Positions 27,710 to 37,905 of a stretch of 64,000 nt of DNA are shown piece after piece. How positions within the stretch are numbered: the first letter of the stretch is position 1; every line of letters begins with the position of its first letter. Position numbers and translations under genes: made by a program. The notes beneath the pieces are model-generated. The model saw nothing but the letters and a program-made list of their open reading frames with translations. It was not told the origin of the DNA and searched no databases. The stretch comes from Pseudomonadaceae bacterium (GTDB lineage Bacteria > Pseudomonadota > Gammaproteobacteria > Pseudomonadales > Pseudomonadaceae): assembly GCA_019745275.1 (NCBI GenBank), contig JAIETJ010000030.1, positions 992 through 64,991 of the forward strand. Reading direction: 5' to 3'.

Positions 27710-29044
27710 ATGCCAGTAGCTCATTCCGCGCCATTCACCAGTGTGCTCGATCTGCTCTTGGACGCGGTTTTTATGGTTGACGCCAATGGCCGTATCGTCT
27801 CGGTGAGTGCCGCCTGCGAACGAATTTTTGGCTACCCAGCAGATGAAATGCTCGGCAAAAGCATGATCGATATGGTGGTGGCCGAGGATGTGGCGAAAAC
27901 CCTTGCCGTGGCCAAGGAGGTCATGGCCGGGCAGTCGATATTGCACTTTGAGAATTGTTATCTGCGCAAAGACGGTCGGCAGGTACACATCATGTGGTCG
28001 GCGCGTTGGTCGGAGGCAGACCAGCTACGGATTGGCGTGGCTCGTGACATCACTGAGTTGAAACAGGCGCAAGCGCTCCAAGCGGCGCTCTATTCAATTG
28101 CCCAAGCGGCGCATACCAGCAATGATCTGCTTAGCCTGTGTCAGCAGGTGCAGCAAATTATCGGTCAATGGCTGCCCACCTTAGGTTTTTATCTCGCTTT
28201 GCGCGATGGGCAAACTAACTTGCTGGAATTTCCCTATTACCTCGAAACGGATGAATCAACTTCCACCTCGTTTGAGTTGCCCAACCGTATTTGCACAGCG
28301 TTGGTGGACGGCGCACAGCCGCTCTTGCTAACGCCGCTGACGCTGGGCGAGGTGTTGGGCGCGCAGGCCACCCGGTTTGCTCACGGTGAGTTTTGTTGGT
28401 TGGGTGTACCGCTGTATTCCGCTCAAGACACGATCGGTGCCTTGCTGTTAAAAGGTTCCTGTGAAGCCGCCGGCTATAGCGCGAAGCACGTTGAGCTGTT
28501 GCAATTTGCCGCCAGCCAACTGGTCACCGCTATCGAGCGGCAACGGTTGTATGCGCGTTTGCAGCATATGGCGCAAAACGATGAGTTGACCGGTTTGCCC
28601 AATCGGACTTTTTTGTATGATCGCTTGAACGTCGCGCTAGCCAAAGTTAAGCGCAATGACGGACGCCTTTGCGTGATCTTTTTAGACTTGAACAAATTCA
28701 AACAGGTTAACGACACCTACGGACACTCGGTGGGTGACCTGCTGCTCCAACAGGTCGCCAGTCGCTTAAGGCACACGGTGCGCGATGAGGACAGCGTGGC
28801 GCGGATCGGCGGTGACGAATTTGTGGTGTTGCTGGAACGTATCAAGCAGCCGGAAACTGCCGCACTGGTATGTGCAAAAATCCGCACTGCGCTGAGTCAG
28901 CCGATGAATCTGGCGGGCCTTAATTTGTCCATCCTGCCGAGTATCGGCATTGCCCACTACCCAGAGCATGGCGAGGACGTGGCGCAGTTGCTCAAGTATG
29001 CGGATGAGGCGATGTATCGGGATAAAAGCAGCGGCATGCTTTAG
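27710..29044 (+). CDS. PAS-GAF-GGDEF diguanylate cyclase
   Basis: N-terminal PAS, GAF (WLGVPL..IGAL), DELTGLPNR, FKQVNDTYGHSVGD, RDED I-site, intact GGDEF; no TM. Confidence 0.92.
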   Translation: MPVAHSAPFTSVLDLLLDAVFMVDANGRIVSVSAACERIFGYPADEMLGKSMIDMVVAEDVAKTLAVAKEVMAGQSILHFENCYLRKDGRQVHIMWSARWSEADQLRIGVARDITELKQAQALQAALYSIAQAAHTSNDLLSLCQQVQQIIGQWLPTLGFYLALRDGQTNLLEFPYYLETDESTSTSFELPNRICTALVDGAQPLLLTPLTLGEVLGAQATRFAHGEFCWLGVPLYSAQDTIGALLLKGSCEAAGYSAKHVELLQFAASQLVTAIERQRLYARLQHMAQNDELTGLPNRTFLYDRLNVALAKVKRNDGRLCVIFLDLNKFKQVNDTYGHSVGDLLLQQVASRLRHTVRDEDSVARIGGDEFVVLLERIKQPETAALVCAKIRTALSQPMNLAGLNLSILPSIGIAHYPEHGEDVAQLLKYADEAMYRDKSSGML

Positions 29045-29106
29045 CCCTTGGCGTTATCGCTAGAACGGCGCATGCACTGGTTTTCCGTGGGTGGCTTTTA
29101 CGCACA

Positions 29107-29133
29107 AGGCCAACCGCGAGGTTAGCCTTGTTT
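29107..29133. terminator. Terminator-like hairpin, near-identical to 17919-17945
   Basis: aggccaaccgcgaggttagcct-tgttt between convergent genes. Confidence 0.7.
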
Positions 29134-29154
29134 AGAACGCAGTGCTTACCGGGG

Positions 29155-30252
29155 TTACTTCTGCGGCAGCTTGGAAGCCACACCCTCGACGAAGTAGTTC
29201 ATTTTGTTCAAGTCGGCATCGCTGATAACTTGACCCGCCGCGGCGTGGCTCTTGCCGTCTTGGTCGATAATCGGGCCGGTAAAGGGGTTGAAGCTGCCCG
29301 CTTGCATCTCGCCTTCGAGCTTGCTGACCAGCGTTTTCACGTCTGCGGGTACGGCGGCACTGAGCGGTACAACTTTGATCATCCCGTCCTTGTAGCCGCC
29401 CCAAGTCGAGCCGGTTTTCCAACTGCCGTCGAGCACCGCCTTGGTGGTCTGGGTGTAGTAGTCGCCCCACTGGTGGGTGGTGCCCGACAGTTGTGCGGTC
29501 GGGCCATACTTGGCCATGTCGGAGTGGTAAGAGAAGGCGTGCACGCCTTTTTCTTCGGCGCTTTGCACCACCGCGGTGGAGTCGGTGTGGTGGGTGAGCA
29601 TGTCGGCACCTTGGGAGATCAAGGTCATCGCGGCTTCGCGCTCTTTGCCTGGGTCATACCAGCCGTTGGTCCAGATCACCCGCACTTCGGCTTTTGGGTT
29701 AACACTGCGCGCGCCGAGGGTGAAGGCGTTGATGCCCATCACCACTTCCGGGATCGGGAAGGCGGCGACGTAACCGAGCACGTTGGACTTGCTCATTTTG
29801 CCGGCGACTACCCCGTTCAGGTAACGACCTTCGTAAAAGCGGGCGTTGTAATTGCCAAAATTGTTAGCCGTTTTGTAGCCGGTGGCGTGCATAAAGGTTA
29901 CGTCTGGATACTGCTTGGCGACCCGTTGCACGTAGTTCATGTAGCCGAAACTGGTGGCATAGATCAGCTTGTAGCCGCTGCTGGCTAACTCACGAATTAC
30001 CCGCTCAGCATCGGCGCCCTCGGGGACGTTTTCGATGTATTTGGTTTGTACCTGTGCACCCAAGGCTTTTTCCATTTCGAGGCGACCTTGGTCGTGCTGG
30101 TAGGTCCAGCCGGCATCACCGATCGGGCTGATATAGACGAAACCGACCTTTAATGGTTCTGCTGCGTTGGCCTGACCGAACAGGTTGGCGCCAAACACCA
30201 GTGCCACCGTCATACCACCGGCGACCTTGATAAAGTCTCTGCGATTGCTCAT
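29155..30252 (-). CDS. BMP-family ABC substrate-binding protein (purine/nucleoside), Tat signal
   Basis: NRRDFIK twin-arginine motif; VGFVYISPIGDAGWTYQH, ATSFGYM, PIPEVV.GINAF. Confidence 0.92.
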   Translation of the reverse strand: MSNRRDFIKVAGGMTVALVFGANLFGQANAAEPLKVGFVYISPIGDAGWTYQHDQGRLEMEKALGAQVQTKYIENVPEGADAERVIRELASSGYKLIYATSFGYMNYVQRVAKQYPDVTFMHATGYKTANNFGNYNARFYEGRYLNGVVAGKMSKSNVLGYVAAFPIPEVVMGINAFTLGARSVNPKAEVRVIWTNGWYDPGKEREAAMTLISQGADMLTHHTDSTAVVQSAEEKGVHAFSYHSDMAKYGPTAQLSGTTHQWGDYYTQTTKAVLDGSWKTGSTWGGYKDGMIKVVPLSAAVPADVKTLVSKLEGEMQAGSFNPFTGPIIDQDGKSHAAAGQVISDADLNKMNYFVEGVASKLPQK

Positions 30253-30337
30253 CTGTGGTGCTCCTGATTGCTGTGCTTAGGTTGCTTGCGAGGGTTAACT
30301 AAAGGCTGGCACGGTGAAGTAACACCGCACCCTGCGG

Positions 30338-31270
30338 TTAGGCGTCCGGCCGGTAAGGTTGGCCGAGGGACAGTGGTGAGTTCAGGCGAATGCTCTGCTG
30401 ATTGCGCGAGATCAGCACCAGCACAATGATGGTGGCGAGGTAGGGCAGGGCCGAGAGCAACTGCGACGGCACACTGATCGGTAAGCCTGAGCCTTGCAGG
30501 AACAACTGGCTGATCATTACCCCACCAAACAGGTAAGCGCCGACCATCACTCGCAGCGGTCGCCAGGTGGCGAATACCACCAGTGCCAAGGCGATCCAGC
30601 CGCGCCCGGAGACCATCCCTTCGACCCATAACGGGGTGTAAAACACCGATAAAAAGGCCCCGCCGATGCCGGCCATAGCGCCGCCAAACAGTACCGCCAG
30701 ATAGCGAATGCCGATTACTGAGTAGCCAATGGCATGGGCGGACGAGGGCGACTCGCCGACCGCGCGCAAAATCAGTCCGGCGCGGCTTTTGTGCAGAAAC
30801 CACAGCACTCCAGCCAGTAGCGCCCAAGAGCCATACACCAAGGACTGTTGATTAAACAGCGCCGGCCCGAGCAGCGGAATATCCGCCAGCAGGGGGATGG
30901 GGATGGCGGGTACGGCGGGCAGGGTCAGCGACTCAAAGGGCTTGCCGATAAAGGCCGATAAGCCCACGCCGAAGATCGCCAAGGCCAGTCCCGAAGCCAC
31001 CTGATTGGCCATCAGGGTCAGCGTTAGCAGGCCAAACACCAGGCTCATCAGCGCGCCGGCGGTCATGCCCGCGAGCACCCCGAGGTAGGGATTGCCGGTG
31101 TAGTGGGTGGCGGCGAAACCGGCCACCGCGCCCATGGCCATGGTGCCTTCGGCGCCGAGGTTAAGCACGCCGGCCTTTTCGCAAACTAGCTCGCCGAGGG
31201 CGACGATAATCAAGGGTGTGCCGGCCACCAAGGTGGCGAACAGGATGGCGCTAATCAGATTGATATCCAT
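30338..31270 (-). CDS. ABC permease (CUT2 nucleoside type)
   Basis: EKAGVLNLGAEG, LRAVGE, GRGWIALALV, LPYLAT. Confidence 0.92.
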   Translation of the reverse strand: MDINLISAILFATLVAGTPLIIVALGELVCEKAGVLNLGAEGTMAMGAVAGFAATHYTGNPYLGVLAGMTAGALMSLVFGLLTLTLMANQVASGLALAIFGVGLSAFIGKPFESLTLPAVPAIPIPLLADIPLLGPALFNQQSLVYGSWALLAGVLWFLHKSRAGLILRAVGESPSSAHAIGYSVIGIRYLAVLFGGAMAGIGGAFLSVFYTPLWVEGMVSGRGWIALALVVFATWRPLRVMVGAYLFGGVMISQLFLQGSGLPISVPSQLLSALPYLATIIVLVLISRNQQSIRLNSPLSLGQPYRPDA

Positions 31271-31272
31271 GC

Positions 31273-32355
31273 TTAGTGTCCTGCCTTGGTGGTTGCCCAG
31301 CGCAGTCGTAAGCGGTAATTGATAAACAAATCTGAGCCGAGCAAGAAGAACAGCAACAGGCCCTGAAACACCTTGGAAATCGAGGAGGGCAGGCTCAAAT
31401 ACTGCTGGGCTTGTTCGCCGCCGATATACAGCAGTGCCATCAATAGGCTGGCAAAGAAGATCCCCAGTGGGTTCAAGCGGCCGACAAAGGCCACGATGAT
31501 CGCGGCAAAGCCGTAGCCGCTGCCGACCTTATCGGTCAGTTGGCCCATCGGTCCGGCGACCTCGGCCATGCCGGCAACGCCTGCGCACGCACCGCCGGCC
31601 AATAGGCCGATCCAGATCATCAACTTGGCCGAGAACCCGGCATAGCGGGCGGCCTCAGGCGCCTCGCCCGCCACGCGCATTTTGAAGCCGAGAAAGCTTT
31701 TTTGCATAAATAGGTAGCCGATTAGCAGCACCCCGAGGGCCAGCACAAAGGCAAAGTTCAAGCGGGTGCCCTCGACCAGCATCGGTAGCAGTGCCGACTC
31801 GGAAAACATTTTGCTTTGCGGGAAGTTAAACCCTTCCGGGTCGATCCACGGGCCGAACACCAGCCAAGACACCAGTAACTGGGCGACATACACCAGCATC
31901 AACGACACCAGAATTTCATTGGCGTTGAAGTGCGTGCGCAGGAACGCCGGAATGGCCGCCCAGAGCGCGCCGCCCAGAGCGCCGGCGATCACCATGGCCA
32001 CTAATACGTGTGGACCGCTAACGTCCTCCAGTAACAGCGCCGCGCCAGTAGCGGCGCAGGCACCGAGGATAAACTGGCCTTCAGCGCCGATGTTCCACAC
32101 GTTGGCGCGAAAACCGACCGCCAAACCAACCGCGCAGAGCATTAGCGGCGTGGCTTTGAGCAGTAATTCGGCGACCCCATCCCAACTGCGCAGCGGGTTA
32201 AGAAAAAATACCTGGAAGCCCTCGAACGGGTCTTTACCCAGGGCCGAGAACAGCAGTAAACCGCCAACTAAGGTTAACGCCACCGCGATTAGCGGTGACA
32301 AGTAACTCATGGTGCGTGAGGCTTCGGGGCGTCGTTCGAGTGTGCAAGACAGCAT
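31273..32355 (-). CDS. ABC permease (CUT2 nucleoside type)
   Basis: WNIGAEGQF, ANEILVSLML, GYGFAAIIVAFVGRLNP. Confidence 0.92.
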   Translation of the reverse strand: MLSCTLERRPEASRTMSYLSPLIAVALTLVGGLLLFSALGKDPFEGFQVFFLNPLRSWDGVAELLLKATPLMLCAVGLAVGFRANVWNIGAEGQFILGACAATGAALLLEDVSGPHVLVAMVIAGALGGALWAAIPAFLRTHFNANEILVSLMLVYVAQLLVSWLVFGPWIDPEGFNFPQSKMFSESALLPMLVEGTRLNFAFVLALGVLLIGYLFMQKSFLGFKMRVAGEAPEAARYAGFSAKLMIWIGLLAGGACAGVAGMAEVAGPMGQLTDKVGSGYGFAAIIVAFVGRLNPLGIFFASLLMALLYIGGEQAQQYLSLPSSISKVFQGLLLFFLLGSDLFINYRLRLRWATTKAGH

Positions 32356-32373
32356 GGTTCGGTGTCCCTAAAA

Positions 32374-33936
32374 TTAGTGAGTGGCGGCGATCACGGCGGT
32401 GTCGGTGTCGGGCCATAGGCCGCTCATCCACACGCCGATGTCTTCCACGGAGGTTTCCGACGCAGGCCTACTCGGCGACAGTCGACCGTTGGCAATCACG
32501 GCAATCCGGTCACAAATTTCAAACAGTTCATCCAGCTCTTCCGAGACCACCAGCACCGCGCAGCCGCTGTTTTTCAGGTCGATAATCTGCTGGCGAATAA
32601 AGGCCGCCGCGCCAACATCCACGCCCCACGTCGGTTGTGCCGCTACCAGCAACTTGGGCGCTTGGAGAATTTCGCGGCCCATGATGAATTTCTGTAAGTT
32701 ACCGCCCGACAGTGCGCTGGCTTGTGCACCGGGGCCGCCGCATTTGACGTTGAAGGCGCTGATGCAGCGGCTCGCAAAGGCTTTGGCCGCGCTGAAATTA
32801 AGCAGCCCACGCTTGACCAGGGTTTGTGAGATCGCGGCGGTGAGAATCGCGTTGTCGCTCAGTGACATGCTTGGCACCGCGCCACGGCCGAGGCGTTCTT
32901 CCGGCACGAAGCCAAGCCCTAAGGCGCGCCGGCGTCCGGCGGATAAGCGTCCGGCCGGCTGACCGCAGATCTGCACGGCGGCGTGGTCGCGCAGTGGGCA
33001 TTCGCCAGAAATGGCGGCGAGCAATTCGGCCTGACCGTTACCCGAGACACCGGCGATACCAACAATCTCGCCGGCGCGAACTTGCAGCTGAATATCTTTC
33101 AGCGACGTGGCAAACGGATCGCTCGGTGTGTGGTTCAGACCCTTGAGTTGCAGTTGCACCGCGCCAGTGTTTTGCGCTGCGCTGCGCTCACAGGCGGGCA
33201 GGTCTTTGCCAATCATCAGGCGGGCCATGCTTTTTGGTGTTTCGGCGCTGGGAATACAGGCGCCGGTGACTTTGCCAGCGCGCAATACGGTGGCGCTGTG
33301 GCAGAGCTCTTGAATTTCATCCAGCTTGTGGCTGATATACAGGATCGAACAGCCCTCGCTGGCTAACTTGCGCAGGGTTTCAAACAGAATTCGCACCGCT
33401 TGTGGGGTCAGGACTGAGGTGGGCTCGTCCATGATCAATAAACGTGGGTTTTGCAGCAAACAACGTACTATTTCGACCCGCTGGCGTTCGCCCACTGACA
33501 GTGCATGCACGTGCCGCCGTGGGTCCACTGGCAGGCCATAACGCTGCGACACCGACTCGATTCGGCGGGCCAGATCAGCCATGTCTGGCTTGCCCGGCAA
33601 GGCCAGCGCCACGTTTTCCAATACGGTTAAGGTTTCAAATAATGAGAAGTGCTGGAACACCATGCCAATGCCCAAGCTGCGGGCATGGGCTGGGTTCTCA
33701 ACCTTGACCGCTTGGCCCTCCCAGAACATTTCGCCCGCCGTTTGCCGGGTCACGCCGTAGATGATTTTCATCAAGGTCGACTTGCCGGCACCGTTTTCAC
33801 CAAGCACGGCATGAATCTCGCCGGGCATTACCTGCAGGTCAATGCTGTCGTTGGCGACGACACTGGGGTAGACCTTGCTGATGCCTTTTAAACTCAACCT
33901 TGGCTGTTTATCGGGCGTGGCGGCTAACTGCTGCAT
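32374..33936 (-). CDS. ABC ATP-binding protein, fused double NBD
   Basis: GENGAGKST, DEPT, LSGGNLQK, QPTWGVDVG; start placed at MQQLAA. Confidence 0.93.
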   Translation of the reverse strand: MQQLAATPDKQPRLSLKGISKVYPSVVANDSIDLQVMPGEIHAVLGENGAGKSTLMKIIYGVTRQTAGEMFWEGQAVKVENPAHARSLGIGMVFQHFSLFETLTVLENVALALPGKPDMADLARRIESVSQRYGLPVDPRRHVHALSVGERQRVEIVRCLLQNPRLLIMDEPTSVLTPQAVRILFETLRKLASEGCSILYISHKLDEIQELCHSATVLRAGKVTGACIPSAETPKSMARLMIGKDLPACERSAAQNTGAVQLQLKGLNHTPSDPFATSLKDIQLQVRAGEIVGIAGVSGNGQAELLAAISGECPLRDHAAVQICGQPAGRLSAGRRRALGLGFVPEERLGRGAVPSMSLSDNAILTAAISQTLVKRGLLNFSAAKAFASRCISAFNVKCGGPGAQASALSGGNLQKFIMGREILQAPKLLVAAQPTWGVDVGAAAFIRQQIIDLKNSGCAVLVVSEELDELFEICDRIAVIANGRLSPSRPASETSVEDIGVWMSGLWPDTDTAVIAATH

Positions 33937-34030
33937 TAAGGTTCCTTGTGGTTCGTGCGCCGTTCTAGGCGAGCGCTGCGCTGAGCAAGTTCTGCCGGTA
34001 AGGTCACTTAACCGGCAGTTATCCGCCAGT

Positions 34031-34885
34031 TTAGAAGTGGTACTTAACCAGCGCCTGCACGGCGGCTTGGTTGAAGCCATCACCGGAGCCATCTACCGGT
34101 TTGAGGCCGTACTTGTTGTGCCACATGTTCAGTTCAGTGCCGACATACAGCGTGCGTCCTTGGCCAAACAGTTGCTTGCCGGCGTCCCACTTAATTTGGA
34201 TCGAGGAACCTAGCGAGGTCTGGGTGCCGGCGTCTTTGGAAGGGCTGCGCCAGTCGGCATAACCGTCGATAACAAAGTCTTGGGTTCCGATGGCGAAAGG
34301 GTAAGCGCCGGCGATGGTCAGTTGCTCGGCATAACCCGGACCGCTGGTGTCGGTGAAGAATACGTGGTCGTTAATTTTGACGCGGTACAGGTTGGTCGAG
34401 AGGTACGCAAAGCCGGGGGCGTCCCAATCCAAACCGATGCCGTACAGGTAGTTCTCGGTGCCGGGGCCGCCGTTACCTTTTTCATAGGTAAACGCTGCCA
34501 GTACATCTTTAACTGGGCCGAACGCTAGGCTCTGGCCGGTGACCCAACTGCCGCTGATGCGTGGCGAGATTTCCATGTAGTAGAAATTGCTCTTCTCGCT
34601 GCTTTTGAAGTCGCCTTGCTTAAAACTGCCGCTGTACTGCAGGTTGTCGGCGTCGATGTAATCGTAGAAGGCAAAGATGTCGCCCCAGTTCCAACCGCTG
34701 GCATGCTCGAAGGTGTAGGTGCTTTGCGAGCGCTGCTCTTCTTCGTCGAAGTTCATTTGGTTGAAGTTGCTGCCGTTCAGGTAGCTGATGCTGTTGTCCT
34801 GAAATTTCAGCAAGTCACCGGCCATTACCTGGCTGGCAAGAGGTAAACAGCAGGCGAGCACAAACCGTGGAAAAGTACGCTTCAT
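34031..34885 (-). CDS. Tsx/OmpK-like nucleoside-specific outer-membrane channel
   Basis: Signal peptide, TFEHASGWNWGDIFAFYD, NKYG, C-terminal KYHF; RBS GGAG. Confidence 0.85.
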   Translation of the reverse strand: MKRTFPRFVLACCLPLASQVMAGDLLKFQDNSISYLNGSNFNQMNFDEEEQRSQSTYTFEHASGWNWGDIFAFYDYIDADNLQYSGSFKQGDFKSSEKSNFYYMEISPRISGSWVTGQSLAFGPVKDVLAAFTYEKGNGGPGTENYLYGIGLDWDAPGFAYLSTNLYRVKINDHVFFTDTSGPGYAEQLTIAGAYPFAIGTQDFVIDGYADWRSPSKDAGTQTSLGSSIQIKWDAGKQLFGQGRTLYVGTELNMWHNKYGLKPVDGSGDGFNQAAVQALVKYHF

Positions 34886-34990
34886 AGGTATCTCCGTCAT
34901 TGTTGTTATGGGTAAAACAGCTACAGGGTGAAACGCTGGGCGGGCGTCGGCTGCGCCGCGATGGCAAGCCGACGCCGCGACTGTGTGGCC

Positions 34991-36184
34991 TTAGTTGAGC
35001 TTGGCGCCTTGGTTGATCCACGCGCCGATCAGTTCGCGTTCGGCTTGGGTCATCTGGGTCAAGTTGCCCAAAGGCATGGCCTGGGTGGTTACGGCTTGGG
35101 CTTGAATGCGTGGTGCCAGCAGGCGAATTTGTTCGGCGGTATCAAACATCACTCCCGCCGGCGCGGCGCTAAACATCGGGCTGGTCGGTTTGGCGGCATG
35201 ACAGGTGCTGCAGCGCGCTTGGATAACCTGGTTAACCTCGCTGAAGGTTTGCGCGTTGGATTTCACCACGCTTACCGGGGCGGCTGGTTGGCTGCTCGGG
35301 CCGGTAATGAAGGCCAGGCAGATCATGCCTAAGGCGGCGACTGGGATGGTCCAAGCGAACTTGTTGCTGTTGTGGCGGGTGTTGAAGTAGTGGCGAACCA
35401 ATACCGCCATCACCGCAATTCCGGCCAGAATCAGCCAGTTGTATTGGCTGCCGTAGGTGCTCGGGAAGTGGTTGCTGATCATGATGAACAGCACTGGCAG
35501 GGTGAAGTAGTTGTTGTGCCGTGAGCGCAGCAAGCCTTTGGCCGGCAGGGCTGGATCCGGTGTGGTGCCTTCTTCGATGGCCTTCACTAGGGCGCGTTGC
35601 GCCGGCATGATGGTGAAGAACACGTTGCCGACCATGATGGTGCCGATGATGGCGCCTACATGCAGATAAGCCGCTCGGCCGCTGAAGATAGTGCTGAAGC
35701 CATAGGCCGCCGCGATCAGCAAAATAAACAGCACCGCGCCAAGCAGCGCTGGGCGCTTGCCAAGAGCTGAGTCGCAGAGGAAATGATAGGCCACGTAGCC
35801 GGCGATTAGCGAGCCAATACCGATGGCGATGGCCATGGCGGGGGCCATGCTGCTGCCGGGGGCGATCAGGTATAGGCTCGGGTTGAGGTAGAACACCACC
35901 AACAACAGCGCCACACCCGAAAGCCAGGTGAAATAGGCTTCCCACTTAAACCAATGCAGGTTGTCCGGCATGCTCGGCGGGGCCAGTTTGTATTTTTCTA
36001 GGTGGTAGATACCGCCACCGTGAATCGCCCATAAATCGCCGGCCAGCCCATTGCGCGGATTGACCCGATTGAGGTTGTTTTCCAGCCAGACGAAATAAAA
36101 CGAGGCGCCAATCCACGCCACGCCAGTGATCATATGAACCCAGCGAATGCTCAGGTTCAGCCATTCCAGTAGATGTGCTTCCAC
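34991..36184 (-). CDS. puuD: Urate hydroxylase with cytochrome c domain
   Basis: WVHMITGVAWIGASFYF, LHWFKWEAY, RSRHNNY, CSTCH heme motif. Confidence 0.93.
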   Translation of the reverse strand: MEAHLLEWLNLSIRWVHMITGVAWIGASFYFVWLENNLNRVNPRNGLAGDLWAIHGGGIYHLEKYKLAPPSMPDNLHWFKWEAYFTWLSGVALLLVVFYLNPSLYLIAPGSSMAPAMAIAIGIGSLIAGYVAYHFLCDSALGKRPALLGAVLFILLIAAAYGFSTIFSGRAAYLHVGAIIGTIMVGNVFFTIMPAQRALVKAIEEGTTPDPALPAKGLLRSRHNNYFTLPVLFIMISNHFPSTYGSQYNWLILAGIAVMAVLVRHYFNTRHNSNKFAWTIPVAALGMICLAFITGPSSQPAAPVSVVKSNAQTFSEVNQVIQARCSTCHAAKPTSPMFSAAPAGVMFDTAEQIRLLAPRIQAQAVTTQAMPLGNLTQMTQAERELIGAWINQGAKLN

Positions 36185-36235
36185 AGTCTTTACCTCTTTA
36201 CACCTAGCACCGGCTGAGCGGTTTTAGGTCTTCTC

Positions 36236-36736
36236 TTATTGGTGGGTGAGGAGAAGGTGTTCGTCCTCGTTAAAGAAATGCTCATCACAGTTGTTACCTG
36301 AACCGCTGCGATCAACCACCAGGAAGTCATCCCGCTTTTCGATCGTCAGCACCGGGTGGTGCCAGACGCCGCGATGGTAATTAACGCCCTGCCTGCCGTT
36401 ACTCCGAAAGGCGCGGACTAATTCTGACTGCGGTGCATCGCCAAGCGGCGCGACCACAATCAGAAAGGGGTTGCCGAGCAGCGGGATAAACGCCTGACTG
36501 CCCAGCGGATGACGCTCCAACATGCGCACGGTCAGCGGCATATCCAGCGCTTGGGCGCTGAAAATGCTGATGATGGCGTTATCTTCCGGGGCGGCGGTTT
36601 GCACCGTGGCCAGCTGGTGATAACGGCGGGTGGAACCGCTGTTGATCATAAAATGCGCGCTGCCGTCGGTTTCGATCACGTCACCGAAAGGGGCAAAGGC
36701 TTCTTTGGTCAGCGGTTCTATCTGCAATGTGCGCAT
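36236..36736 (-). CDS. allA: Ureidoglycolate lyase
   Basis: FAPFGDVIE, LERHPLGSQAF, GVNYHRGVWHHP. Confidence 0.93.
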   Translation of the reverse strand: MRTLQIEPLTKEAFAPFGDVIETDGSAHFMINSGSTRRYHQLATVQTAAPEDNAIISIFSAQALDMPLTVRMLERHPLGSQAFIPLLGNPFLIVVAPLGDAPQSELVRAFRSNGRQGVNYHRGVWHHPVLTIEKRDDFLVVDRSGSGNNCDEHFFNEDEHLLLTHQ

Positions 36737-36817
36737 GTGGGTCTTCTATTTTTTGTGTTCGTTGTCGATGCACTGTTGCTGTCGGCGCAGGCCAGCCGCG
36801 CCGACAGGTTTTGGCTG

Positions 36818-37813
36818 TTATTTGGTGGCTTTGCCAAACAGGCGTAGGCGGCTGATACCGCCGTCCGGGAACACATTGACGCGGATATGGGTGATGGTGC
36901 CCAGAGCGTTAATTTGCTCGCTGTACTCGTGTTCGGCGTGCATCGAGAGCTTTTGCGCCGGCAACAGTTCACGCCAGAACAGGCTCTGGGTTTCGATCTG
37001 GCTGTCGGTGCCGCCCTTCACAAAGGCCGCCTGAATCGAGCAGCTGTCCGGGTAGTTACCTTTGAAATGCAGGGTGTCGACCACAATGCGTTCGATCTCG
37101 CCCGGATGGCCGAGCGCGACTATTACCCAGTCATTGCCCGGGGTGCGTCGGCGCGCGGTTTCCCAACCGTCGCCCATGTTGATGCCGCGACCGGGATTGA
37201 GCAGGTTGCTCATGCGCCCGAAGTGCTCATCGGAACAGGCCAAGGCCCGGCCGCCATTCAGGGCGCTGGCCAGGTCGACTTGTTCGTTGTCGGCCACGCT
37301 TGACCAGTCGCGAAACGGAATGCCGTGCACGCGCAAACGCGCCACACCGCCATCCGGGTAGATGTTAAAGCGCAGGTGAGTGAAGGCCTTAGCGTTATTG
37401 ACTTCGTGGTAGTGGTGGCTGTTGCCTTGCAGTTCAACGGCGGCCAGCACTTCGGTCCACTCGGTGGCCTCGGTTGGGTCGCCTGCGGCGACATAACAGG
37501 CTTCCAGTGAAGCCGACGGCGGGAAGTTGCCGGTGAAGAAGCTGGTGTCGATGTCTACACCTTTGATGGTGCCGGCTACGCCCAAGCGAATCACGCAGCT
37601 GTCATACCCTTCGAAGCGCTTGCGGCGTGATTCCCAGCCGTCCATCCATTTGCCGTTGTCGTCGAACACGCCTTCTTTCCAGACTGCCGGAGTCGGTTGA
37701 AACAGGCGGTTAACATCGGCAAACCAATCGTCGGTAACCGAAATGGCTTGGGTGCCGAGGCGGGCATCGGCAAGGTTGACGTACTTCTCGAAGGGTGCGG
37801 CGTAGGCTTTCAT
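36818..37813 (-). CDS. alc: Allantoicase
   Basis: Two repeats: [16 protein letters not shown] and [18 protein letters not shown]. Confidence 0.95.
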   Translation of the reverse strand: MKAYAAPFEKYVNLADARLGTQAISVTDDWFADVNRLFQPTPAVWKEGVFDDNGKWMDGWESRRKRFEGYDSCVIRLGVAGTIKGVDIDTSFFTGNFPPSASLEACYVAAGDPTEATEWTEVLAAVELQGNSHHYHEVNNAKAFTHLRFNIYPDGGVARLRVHGIPFRDWSSVADNEQVDLASALNGGRALACSDEHFGRMSNLLNPGRGINMGDGWETARRRTPGNDWVIVALGHPGEIERIVVDTLHFKGNYPDSCSIQAAFVKGGTDSQIETQSLFWRELLPAQKLSMHAEHEYSEQINALGTITHIRVNVFPDGGISRLRLFGKATK

Positions 37814-37905
37814 GGTTGAGCTGCCTTAATAGTGGGCTGGAGAGTCGGCGGTGGTTAGGTGGTCTGTGTGGCCAGTTCAATTCCACTAGCCGTACAGACC
37901 ACTGA

